DNA of 32,000 nucleotides. Source: Wallemia ichthyophaga EXF-994. Taxonomy: Eukaryota; Fungi; Basidiomycota. This document shows, in pieces, positions 1-9,899 of the stretch. The position numbers were made by a program, and so were the translations under genes. Numbering within the stretch: position 1 is the first letter of the stretch; each line of letters opens with the position of its first letter. A model generated the notes under the pieces. It was given only the letters and a program-made list of their open reading frames with translations. It made no database searches and was not told the DNA's origin. The stretch is from contig NW_008806282.1 of assembly GCF_000400465.1 (NCBI RefSeq), positions 30,001 to 62,000 of the forward strand. Reading direction: 5' to 3'.

Positions 1-1845
1 AATCCAAAGAACTACGCAGATGCACCAGAAGGCTCTCCAAGAGAGATAACCGGCTATGATAAATTGCGTGGCGGGCTCGTTGACGGTGAATTAGACTTTG
101 ACGAAAGGACAGGAATGAAAAACTACATAGCTAATGAAGACGGTGATTGGGACACTAGTTCAGAATATATCCGCAAAAATCTAATCGAATCCATCGAGCT
201 CGGCAGAGAGGCGAGAAACGGTGGTACTGATGAGCAAATGTGGCATGCTTTGTATTTGCTTGGCAGAGCACTTCATTGCGTCGAAGACTGGCCAGCACAT
301 TCAAACACAATCGAAGTCACCCTGCAATCACTGGGCTACTCAGATGTTTTCACTCACGTCGGAAGCAATGTAAGGGTTGAAGCACCCGACGGAAGAATGG
401 TATCGCCAATCGTCACAGGAACATTTGGAGGTGCAGACTTCCTCCATTCCCTCCTTGGTGAGGCTACCGACAAGCTAAGCAGTCAAGGAATAGGTGATTT
501 GAGTACGACTCTGTCTCAAAACAGGGAAAGCAATAACTCAGACCGGTTCAGAAAACTATTAGCTATGCTGCTCAAGTCCAAAGATAAGGGGGAAGCTGAT
601 AATGACGATGAGGAAGGCCACCCTAGTGCTGATGACACAGTCAACAAACTGGATGACATCAGTCGTCACACGCATGAGGACTCTATTGATGAGAGTGAAG
701 TTCGCGATATAATTAGGCAACTAATTAACATTCACGACGATATTGCAAGAACCATTGATGCAGTTATCGAGAAAGTACCCTTCATAAGCGATATACTGGA
801 TGAGGCTTCTAATACACTGCAAGTTTTTATATTTTCCACTTTAGAACCTGTTCTCTCGCCTATTTTAAAGGATTTAAAGGACGTGATGTTCGAAGCCTCA
901 GCTTGCGTAGTCGATGACGACTCTCAGCGTGAGGTCTTTGATGATCCCGACGCAAGCGACCCAACTCACTCGATGCTTGCAAAGGACCACTTTGGAAACG
1001 TACTTAACGCGCCTGCTGGTAGACTGGCGAAGTTGATGATCACCCACATTGTCAATGCTGTAGTTAAGGATGGCTGGGATGGGGAAGCGTAAGTGTCGCT
1101 GCAATTTTCACACCAGTGCTGACGCGCTATGCATAGGGACCCTAGCTCAATCGCCGATGAAGCTCTTCAAGCTCTCCATCATCCAGATTTTCAAAATGGT
1201 TCTGCTATTCAGGAAGATATGATGCAATTCGTCAAAGATTGGATTGAGTCTCAAGGAGAAGAAAAAGATGAAGTCCTGCGTAGATTGGAGAGAGACAGCG
1301 TTCTCGAACATCGCAATACAACTGATGGACTAAGTGGTGGGTCAATGAACCCAACTGATCAGGAGAAATACGGCAAATACTATGGTGCCAGTCAGGGTCT
1401 TCAAGGTCTTGCTGCGTCTGGGGCCCTGGATGGACTTCCTGGAGGCGAGCAGCTGAGTGAAGGTCTTACCGCCTTGCAACTTGGTGGTGGTGACACGAAT
1501 GAGTCTGTCGAACGCTCAAGATACGGCAGTAACAACCCAGCTCAGTACCGATCAAGCCACGAGGATAGTGGTGAGTATGCTAACGAGAGCTATGGCTCTG
1601 GCTTCAACTCAGGAAATGAATATCGTTCTGGAAACCATTATCAATATACTGGCTATGGAGGTCAGCAATCTCCTTACGGTGGTGGCGGATTACAGCCTAA
1701 CTACGGCAACAGCGGCTACGGTGGTCCACAAGCTTATGGTAACCCTGCTTACCCGGCATACCCAAACCAGCAATATGGCTACGGTTATACTGGTCAAGAG
1801 TACGGTAATGCGTACGGACAAGATTCAAACTATTACACTCAATAA
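1..1845 (+). CDS. het-c: Het-C (heterokaryon incompatibility C family) protein, 5'-truncated, with a Gly/Tyr/Asn/Gln-rich C-terminal tail
   Basis: Frame 1 is open from base 1 (NPKNYAD...KLRGG..ELDFDERTGMKNYIANEDGDWDTS). Het-C motifs are LGRALHCVEDWPAHSN, PIVTGTFGGADFLHSLLGEA, DPTHSMLAKDHF and ALHHPDF. A 48-nt GTAAGT..GCTGAC..ATAG intron at 1089-1136 joins ORFs 64-1092 and 1129-1845 in frame. Confidence 0.9.
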
Positions 1846-1974
1846 TACCTGCTGAATTGACAAATATATCTTGATGACGTCTACGATTTACTTTCTTCGA
1901 CAGATGAATGATTTGCTTTTACAATTCTCCTTATCAGTGTTGTCATATTGCACTTTAATGTCGGCTTTAAAGGC

Positions 1975-1982
1975 TATATAAA
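1975..1982 (+). promoter_or_regulatory. TATA box (TATATAAA) upstream of the degenerate helicase locus
   Basis: Canonical TATATAAA about 165 bp upstream of ATG 2145, in the gap after the Het-C stop. Confidence 0.5.
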
Positions 1983-2144
1983 GCCAGTATCATCTCACAT
2001 CCGACTGGTCGACGTCATAGCTGTGATAAGGTGGTATGATGAAAGTGATTGTCATAATAGCACGTTGCTTTCTAACCGAATTTGACCATCTTAACTTTAC
2101 ATCTTTGCTCTAATCTTCCCAAAATATCATCACTTATACCTCTT

Positions 2145-4145
2145 ATGGCATTATCTTTGAAGGAGATCGTTGCTGAAAAAACGAGTCTTGCCAAAGAAGC
2201 CATGGAGGCTAATCAAACGCTGGGCGATAAGCCAGCTTCGGCAAACTTGGAGAGATCTACGCTGTAAACAGACTCATCTCGGGAAGGCTCTGGAGATACG
2301 ATGCCACCGCCTGATAAAAGTTTATTATCTCTTCTTCAGCAGCAAAAACAAGTGATGGCATCCAATAGCAATAAATACGATGCTAATAGTATGACCGGGA
2401 CATCTATTCATCCCCGCTCTAGATTTTATAACAACTATAGGCAGTAATTGCAGGGCTACAACCAGTCGAATAACATTTATCAATCGACAGAAGAAAGTCA
2501 ATTTGACGCATACATTCAGCAGTTGCCATGTTTCGTAGCACCAGAGAATTATGTTAAGGCGAAATGGGAACAGACCCTGTCTATATCAAAAATTTGCGCA
2601 CTTTATTTATTGAAGAAATCAGCTAAAAGTTTGCACAATCTTCCAGCCCAGAAATGAGAGAGACGGAAGTCAACAGTGATTTCACCGCTCCGGCAACTAG
2701 CACCGCGAGACCAAGTCTTATATACCAGAGTCCAAATTACTATACACTGTGGAAGACAACTACTCAAGCTCTTTGTGGACAGCTTGACATGAAGTCAAGT
2801 GTTGAAGAATTGCTGCAGGGCGTGAACCTCAAACCATCGGCCTCTGAGGAGGTATACTTTACCCAGATTGAAGGTGATATGTGTAATGACAAGGACAATA
2901 AGATGAGCACAGACGAGATGACTAAGTCTGAAATTGTTCCTGACGCGGAAGCGCAAGATGAAGACAAACAAATGGAAAAAATTAAAGTTGACTCAGGTGA
3001 AAATCAAGCTGCAAAGAAGAACCAAATGATAGTAGCGACTCTGAGAAAACATTAAGGGACAATAAACACTTTTAAGACCAGTCAAGTGAGGATGTGAAGC
3101 CTGACGTGAAGCCTTGCAGTACAGAACTCGAACAAGAACACAGCAAAGAAGCAGAAAACATACTGAGATCACTACGCATTCTTATTTTTACTCAACATCC
3201 ACCTAACGAGAAGACAACAATGAAATGCTTTGGAAATTTTGAGAACTGGTCCGTTTCTTTAACCACTCAACAACTTATTTAACATTAGAACAGTATCGCA
3301 ATCAACAGCTTTTCTAAAAATAAAGAGATATTCCACATTACTAACGCGCTGGTAATTATGGGAACATTAGCTGATATTTATGGATCATTTGGTCAGATTG
3401 GCATTAGCTTGCTCACTACAGTTGTATTTGATGACGTGAGTCTTATTTGAGCAAGCACCGGATTTACTGACAAAACCAGCTCGTCAATAATGACGAATGG
3501 CAAGAAACACTCTCAGCTGTCGCACGCAGAATAGAAGAAAAATAATCAACCTCAATACAAGTTATTGTTTGCTCTAGCTTTTTTTTTTCACTCGAATTGG
3601 TACAAGATATGGTTTCGGAAGTACCATTAACGGTACTTGGATAAATCAAACCAATGGTCCTTAGAGGTGTTGACGATTTTCTTTTCGAAAGACACTTAGC
3701 TCCTGACGATAATATTGAAAAAGACTTGGCGGAATTATCTGAAACATCACCATTCATAGTGTACTGCGCTTTTGACAAGCACGCTGAGAAACAATATGAA
3801 AAAATCAAGCCATTGCAGAGTTCATCCTGCCTGGTGAAAAAGCACATACTGGAAGATACTCAGCTTATTGAGGAGTTTAATCGTGGCGAGAAGAAGATAC
3901 TGATAACTACGTCGATAATGTCAAGATCCAAGGCAGTGGAAGAATCACCGCTAGTCATCGTTCAATCGGCTCCGCATAACCTGGAACAGTATTCGAATAT
4001 CGTTGGGAGGCCAATATTCTCTAATCACAAAGTCAAATGCATCATAGTTTCTAGTTCAGAAAAGGAGACAAACATTATAAAGACTTACAGGCAGAATTTT
4101 CAACTATTACTGAGCATTCCGAATGATTGCAAGTATCTTTACTAA
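2145..4145 (+). pseudogene. Degenerate DEAD-box (eIF4A/Dbp5-like fold) pseudo-helicase with in-frame TAA stops: pseudogene or recoded gene
   Basis: The C-terminal RecA domain is recognisable (FIVYC; EEFNRGEKKILITTSIMSR; LVIVQSAPHNLEQYSNIVGR). Splicing introns 3249-3293 (GTCCGT..AACAG) and 3436-3479 (GTGAGT..TACTGAC..CCAG) gives an N-terminal RecA-like segment (LVIMGTLADI..TTVVFDD|LVNN; QVIVCSS). In-frame TAA occurs at 3543 and 3642. Further TAAs (2265, 2445, 3073) and frame changes (about 2500-2650 and about 3000) lie upstream. Confidence 0.7.
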
Positions 4146-4272
4146 GTCACCATCTCTCGATAACACTCAATATTATGAAATTATATCACTATTCACCTCT
4201 GACTAGTCACGCAAATTGTAATTGCAGGAGCATACTTATGAAGTTCATGAATGTCAAAGAAAATTATCAAAT

Positions 4273-5464
4273 TTATTCAGCCTTGACTTTAATGGCTGCT
4301 GTTGGAGAGAAGTTGTGTGGGCGAGCAGAGAAACCAATCTCGAGAGAACGGCCACCATAGATGTAACCGTTGAACTTTTCGATTGCCACACTAGCGGCGG
4401 CAGTTGAGTAGAATTCAACGAGACCAACACCACGACTACGTTGAGTGCGAACATCCATCAAGATCTCAGCCGTCTTGACGTCACCAGTAGTTTCAAACAA
4501 GTCGACTAAATCTTCGTTTGTTGTTGAGTATGGCAAGTTTTTGGTAACAATTTGAGGGTTTGGAGCGGCAGCAGCAGGTACAGGACCAGGACCAGCAGGT
4601 GCTCTTCTGGCAGCTTGATATGGAGTTCTTGCTGGTCTTGGTGAGTTTGCAAACTTGTCCTCACGGACTTCTATTGGTCTACCGTAGAATTCGTAGTTGT
4701 GGTACAACTCGATTGCGTTTTGTGCGTCTTCTCTTGAAGAGAAAGAAACGATACCGTTACCCTTTGACTTTCCATCAGGGAAGAATTGAACATCGGCTCT
4801 AACTACGTGACCAGCTTGTCTGAAGAGGTCTTTGAGGTCTTGCCAGCCAACTTGGAAAGGCAACTGGAAAGGTGTGAGGGGAGATTCAGGGGAGGAAAAG
4901 CCGGAGCTAAAGCCATAAGACTCACGTTACCGATGAACAATTGAGTACCTGGAGCTGCAACTTGGGCAGGACCAGCACCATAAGCACCACGGGTGAATTG
5001 CTGGGTACGTGAAGGGGTTGGGTTAGCACCGAATCTAGCCTCTTGTTCTCTGTCCTATAAGGTGTGAGGCTAACTGAGGTATATTCACGTGTGGCTTACC
5101 TCTCTAACGAAGACTGGTCTACCAAGAAGATCTCTGTCTGAGTAAGACTCGATTGCGATTTGAGCTGATTCTGGGGAAGTGAATTCAACGATACTGAGAA
5201 TTGTGAGCGAGGGTGAGAGCGGATAAAGACTCAAAACTCACCCGCAACCCTTTGAAAGACCATTTGGAGTGATCAGTACCTCAGCGTATGCTACTTCAAG
5301 GGATTCTATGGGGTTTGTGAGCACGCAGTCCATCCAACAGCCAGCACCAACGACTCACGTCCCTCTGCGTTGTCTTCAAAGAACGCCTTCAAGTCCTCGT
5401 CCTTGACATCGTAGCTGAGATTTCCAACGTAGACTCTGTTCTCCCTCTTTGAGAATTCTGCCAT
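4273..5464 (-). CDS. GBP2: Three-RRM RNA-binding protein (Gbp2/Hrb1-like)
   Basis: ATG at 5464 (MAEFSKRENRVYVGNLSYDVK). Introns 5306-5358, 5194-5241, 5055-5099 and 4864-4925 are all GT-AG. It has three RRMs with SKGCGIVEF..GRPVFVREDRE, SKGNGIV..GRPIEVREDKF and SRGVGLVEF..YGGRSLEIGF. Confidence 0.85.
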
Positions 5465-5646
5465 CACACCTAAAATTTCGAAGTTGTGGTCAGAGAGGAT
5501 AGCAGCGCGAATTATGATTTATAAAAAAATAAGTTTAGAAGGGATGTTTTAGTGGCGTGATTAGATGCTCTAGCGGGGCTGTAGATTCATATTCCATTTG
5601 GACCTGTTCCCCAGGCTTAACTCATCTCCCCAACCACCAACAACAA

Positions 5647-6821
5647 ATGTTGTACGCTGAGCGAGATGACTTTAAAGATTTAATTCCAATTCCCCAAGAT
5701 GAAGGCCCTTCTCCATTGGCTCCGATTAACTATTCCCAGAAGTGTAACCCTCGTGCGTTCCGTCGTTGTCATACCGCTCACGATTTCTTCAGATAGAGAT
5801 GCGATGGATATGTTTCGAGCGGTTGTCGACATCAACGAGAAGTCTGAGAGAGCCCTCGGCCTGACGGAAGATATCATTCGCATGAACGCTGGCCACTACA
5901 CAGTCTGGTCGGTACTCTTCTTTGTTATCTGTGCGAGACTGAACAACGTTTCATAGGCATTACAGGACAACTATCTTAGTAGAATTAGGCTTGGATCTTC
6001 AATCTGAGCTCAAGTTGATGGACGAGCTGTCTACAGAGTTCCTCAAATCATACCAAGTCTGGCACCACAGGAGGCTCTGTGTTGGTTTGCTCGCAACTAC
6101 CACCTCCCCATTCGCCGACAAAAACTGTCCAGCTGCAGTTACAATCTCATCCACCCCACAAACCTCCTCACCACCCCCACCCTTACCGTCTTCTATCGAT
6201 CTGGCTAGATATGAGCTACAATTTATTGCTAACCTATTTCACGCTACCGAAGATCCCAAAAATTATCATACATGGGTTTACAGGCAGTGGATATTGACGT
6301 ACTTTGATAAGCTATTTCAAGACCAAGATCGTCATCATGAATTGGAATTCATTGAGTCACTCATAAACGACGACATCTACAACAACTCAGTCTGGTCGCA
6401 TCGTTTCTTCTGTCTCTTCAAGCTGGGTTGGTTGCACACCTCACTAGAAGCTGAAATCGAGTGAGCAGACAGACATCAAAGCTTTTTTAATTACTCACCA
6501 AACAACTCCAGGTATGTTTTGATCAAGATCGGTATAGCGCCAAGCAACATGTCGAGCTGGAATTATCTCCGCGGCATTCTCAAGGTGAACAGAAAAGGGT
6601 TGAACCAACAACGTGTATTGCAATTCTCGGAAACGCTCGTCAAAGCGAAAAGCGCGTCGGACGACATGAATCCTCCATTACCTGCTTTAGAGTGGCTGGC
6701 AGATGCTGCACTGGAAGACAAAAACCCTATTGCCACAAAACACTACCTAACCTTGAAAGATTTGGACCCCATTCGCAGACACTACTGGACTTGGAAATCC
6801 CATCTAGCTTTGTCTGCCTAG
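5647..6821 (+). CDS. RAM2: Protein farnesyltransferase/geranylgeranyltransferase-I alpha subunit
   Basis: IPQDEGPSPLAPINYS..YRDAMDMFRA..EKSERALGLTEDIIRMNAGHYTVW; PFTA repeats KSYQVWHHRR, DPKNYHTWVYRQW, DIYNNSVWSHRF, APSNMSSWNYLRG. Introns at 5744-5792, 5908-5956 and 6461-6511. Confidence 0.92.
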
Positions 6822-7009
6822 ACTGACACATACCCTTTAAATGTATATTCATCTGTATATTCTTTAAATGGAGCTTGCGCATCATCCTAAAACGACAAAT
6901 TATCGAGACACAAACTTCAGACATACTATTACTGAAAACAATTCAAATTACATAGGATTTTAAAAAACCTAAAGAATAACGAAATATCTAATGATAAAAG
7001 CAAAGACAC

Positions 7010-9272
7010 CTATTTATTTTGACGACAATTTCCCAAAGTAAAGACATCTAACGTTATCCCTCGGGTCATCCTCTTCAAACTCGTCAATGATTCCAAGATT
7101 GGCGTGAAGATAATGTATATTGCCCCAACCATCAACCATGCTAGGCCGATACTTACCCAAGCCTTAAATCCCGCTCTTGGCAAGATGTAGCCTGTGCCAT
7201 AGAGTGCGAAAGTTACTGTGAATATCATAACTGTAACCCAGAGAAGCGAAGAAAACGCAGCCAGCTTTATCGATCGTGTCAAATATTCAATGTCAGCTGA
7301 ACTGAGATTCCCTTGACTAGTATTGTGTGAGTCTAGATCGCTAAGCTCAGGTGTGGCTTCCTCTACATCCTTGAAGGATTTCTCATCTGCTTGAAGAGTT
7401 TCGACGACAACTTCTTGTTCTGGGGGTGCAACATGTGCTTCTGACTCTTTCACTGCCTTCCTGCCAGTGTCTTTAGTCTTTTCAAAGTCATGATTATCAG
7501 GGGAAATCAGGGATCCAACGACTGAAATAATTATAGAAAGCCCGAATGATACTGTGTTCCCTGCAAGCATCGGGAAGTCCTCTATCGATAATTTTGTTAG
7601 CCGTCTTTAATCAAATTACGCAGCGACGTACGTCCGGTTGTTGTCTTATCGACAACGCCATTATTTAGCTTATATGCCGTGACTATCCATGCAATAATAC
7701 CGAGAGGAAGTGAGATGAGAGTTGCACCTATGCAAGCAACTTTATTGGCTTTACTCCACATAATGCAGCAAATCAAAGGAGCAACGGCAGGACATAGAAT
7801 AATGCCCATCAGCTCATACAGCCACCCCATTCCGATACCGATATAGTAAAATATAATTCCAAGCACGGCCTGGCAGATACCAAAACCAGCAACGCTAGCG
7901 TGTGAGACGAATAATGTCTGCTTATCAGTTGCGTTCGGCTTTACTCTATTGAAGACATCGTAAGTTACAAGTGTCGAGACTGCGACTAGCTCAGCGGAGG
8001 CTGCGGCAAAGAAGGTGAGATGAAGGCAGCTTTGTGAATATTTTCACTCACATGCCGCTGTGGATGCAAGGAAGAGCATGATTAATACTGCATTCGCACC
8101 CGAATTTCCCATCAATGCTGATGCAGCTGCTGATGCAGGTAGGCCAGCAGTCACTTCTGCCGATGACAAAGAAGAAATCGCATCCGAGTTCTTGAGTGCC
8201 GCGCCAGCTAAACCGAGACATGTTGCCAAAGCAAATGGAATGGGATACCAACACATACTGCCTATAACAAATGATTTCGTGATTGAACGCGGTTGTGATG
8301 CCACTGCTCTGTTGACATATGCTTGATCTAAGTACACTGTGCCGAAGTTACCGCATAGGTTGATGAAAAAAAACGTGATGCCTCCTAATGAGCGAAACGT
8401 CAGGTACGAACCATCCGCATTACCTTCGACAGGATGACGTGAAGCCTGATCGACCAGCATATCGTAAAGACGATCAAGCGAGCCAACTTCAGGAGCTGAT
8501 GTGTAGGTGTAGAAGCAAAAGCCTATAATGACGCCGTAGAGGACGATGGTGTGTAGGTAATCTGCAATAAGTGATGCCTTTAGACCCCCAATCATGATGT
8601 AGATAGAAACACTCAGTGGTGTAAGCCATACTGCCGCCATGACAGGAACATTTGTGAGACTATGGAGAGTATCGGAAATACCGACAATAAGCATCGCACT
8701 GACTATCAAATTGCAGGAAAGCGCGAAGCTGAGAAACACATAGTGGCCTATCTTGCCCCATCGTGCACCTGCTATTTCGACGAAACTATGCGCGTAAGGC
8801 CATCGTATTCTCATACTACTTGCCAAGACTGAGAAGACTAAAATTTGCAAGCAGGCACCTAAGCAAACTGTTTAAGTGGGTTCTTGCGTATATGCCAGCA
8901 TTTCTCACCAGTTGCGTAGCTGTAAGAGCCTAGCAATCCGTAGGAGTAAGTTTTAGAAGTTGACGTACTATGCTTTGTTTAATGACTGAGGACACTATTC
9001 GAATGGAAACTCACAGCAAAGTAGCACTCCAGCACCATGCAGAGACAACTCCGCTTGAGATTAAACCGGTAGGCACAGATCTACTGGCAGAGTTGAACTC
9101 TTCAGCCGTTTGGACCTTGTTCCCATAGCGCCTCTGTAATGCGTTTATAATAAGCATCAACGCACTAAATCCTGCAAGGCGTCAGGATAAGACGTAGATA
9201 TAAGTCATACTTACCAAAGCCTAGAATTAGCAAGACACAATAGCCATTGAGTTGTGGTAATGGCGGCTCCAT
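7010..9272 (-). CDS. DUR3: Urea/polyamine transporter, sodium:solute symporter family
   Basis: MEPPLPQLNGY..EEFNSASRSVPTGLISSGVVSAWCWSATLL; GNFGTVYLDQAYVNRA; SAELVAVSTLVTYDVF; GMGWLYELMG. Five introns (9172-9214, 8968-9014, 8859-8908, 8001-8051, 7582-7631) give a continuous frame. Confidence 0.9.
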
Positions 9273-9337
9273 GTTTGATCAGTTGGGAGTATATTCGCAA
9301 CAGTGTAAGATTGCACTAGCATTCTCGTCCCAAATCT

Positions 9338-9406
9338 TTATCGACATTATCGTATTATCTTATCACCATGAAGCCTTATCTCGGAAGGTGCGTAGCCGAA
9401 GATAAG
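9338..9406. promoter_or_regulatory. Cluster of six GATAA elements (GATA-factor / nitrogen catabolite repression sites) upstream of DUR3
   Basis: TTATC at 9338, 9347, 9355, 9360 and 9376 plus GATAAG at 9401, all 66-134 bp upstream of the DUR3 ATG. Confidence 0.7.
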
Positions 9407-9752
9407 TGTATAATTTCAGATTGGCTTTTGATTTAGATATGGATATTGCGTTTGAGACTTAATTTATTTTGCATATCTAATCTAATGTTTCAAACGAAAT
9501 TAAGCTGTGATTTAGAATGAGAAGGAATAGTGAGTAGTTTAGTGTCGAAATTGTAAAGAGAATAGGAAATAATGAAATACAGACGCTCAAATGTACCCAC
9601 ACATCTCGCATGTCTAACCTTTCAATTCGATAAGAAAGCGATATATGAAATATAAAACGCAGACAAGTGATTTATGTTGATGTTAACACCCTGCTAGCAC
9701 CTGATTTTGTATTTCACCGGGAACGACAATAGCGTCGATGCATGCTTGTATT

Positions 9753-9774
9753 CTAGCATTCGGCTAGCATTCGG
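9753..9774 (+). repeat. Tandem direct repeat CTAGCATTCGG x2, with a third CTAGCATTC copy at 9316-9324
   Basis: Read directly from the sequence in the DUR3/PPT1 divergent intergenic region. Confidence 0.6.
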
Positions 9775-9899
9775 CCGTAATTAACGTCTACTGCTTGCTT
9801 AGTTCCTTATTCTCAGCTGCATAGACAGACTTCATTAAAATTTGGACACCTTCCTCCATCCAAGTATCTGGTTCTCGTTAACTTCGAGGTTTATTTAAG

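Noticed and set aside
2996-3003. Programmed -1 frameshift at GGTGAAAAT
   Set aside because: It is not an X XXY YYZ slippery heptamer and no obvious downstream structure was seen. A one-base loss in the A run or an intron (2997-3076 or 3032-3081) explains it more simply.
2145-4145. Genome-wide reassignment of TAA to Gln (ciliate-type code)
   Set aside because: Several conserved genes here end at TAA at the expected position (GBP2, ATP10, OSH3, DUR3) and none has internal TAA, so any recoding would have to be locus-specific.
5086-5091. CACGTG (Pho4-type E-box)
   Set aside because: A single hexamer inside a GBP2 intron, as expected by chance.
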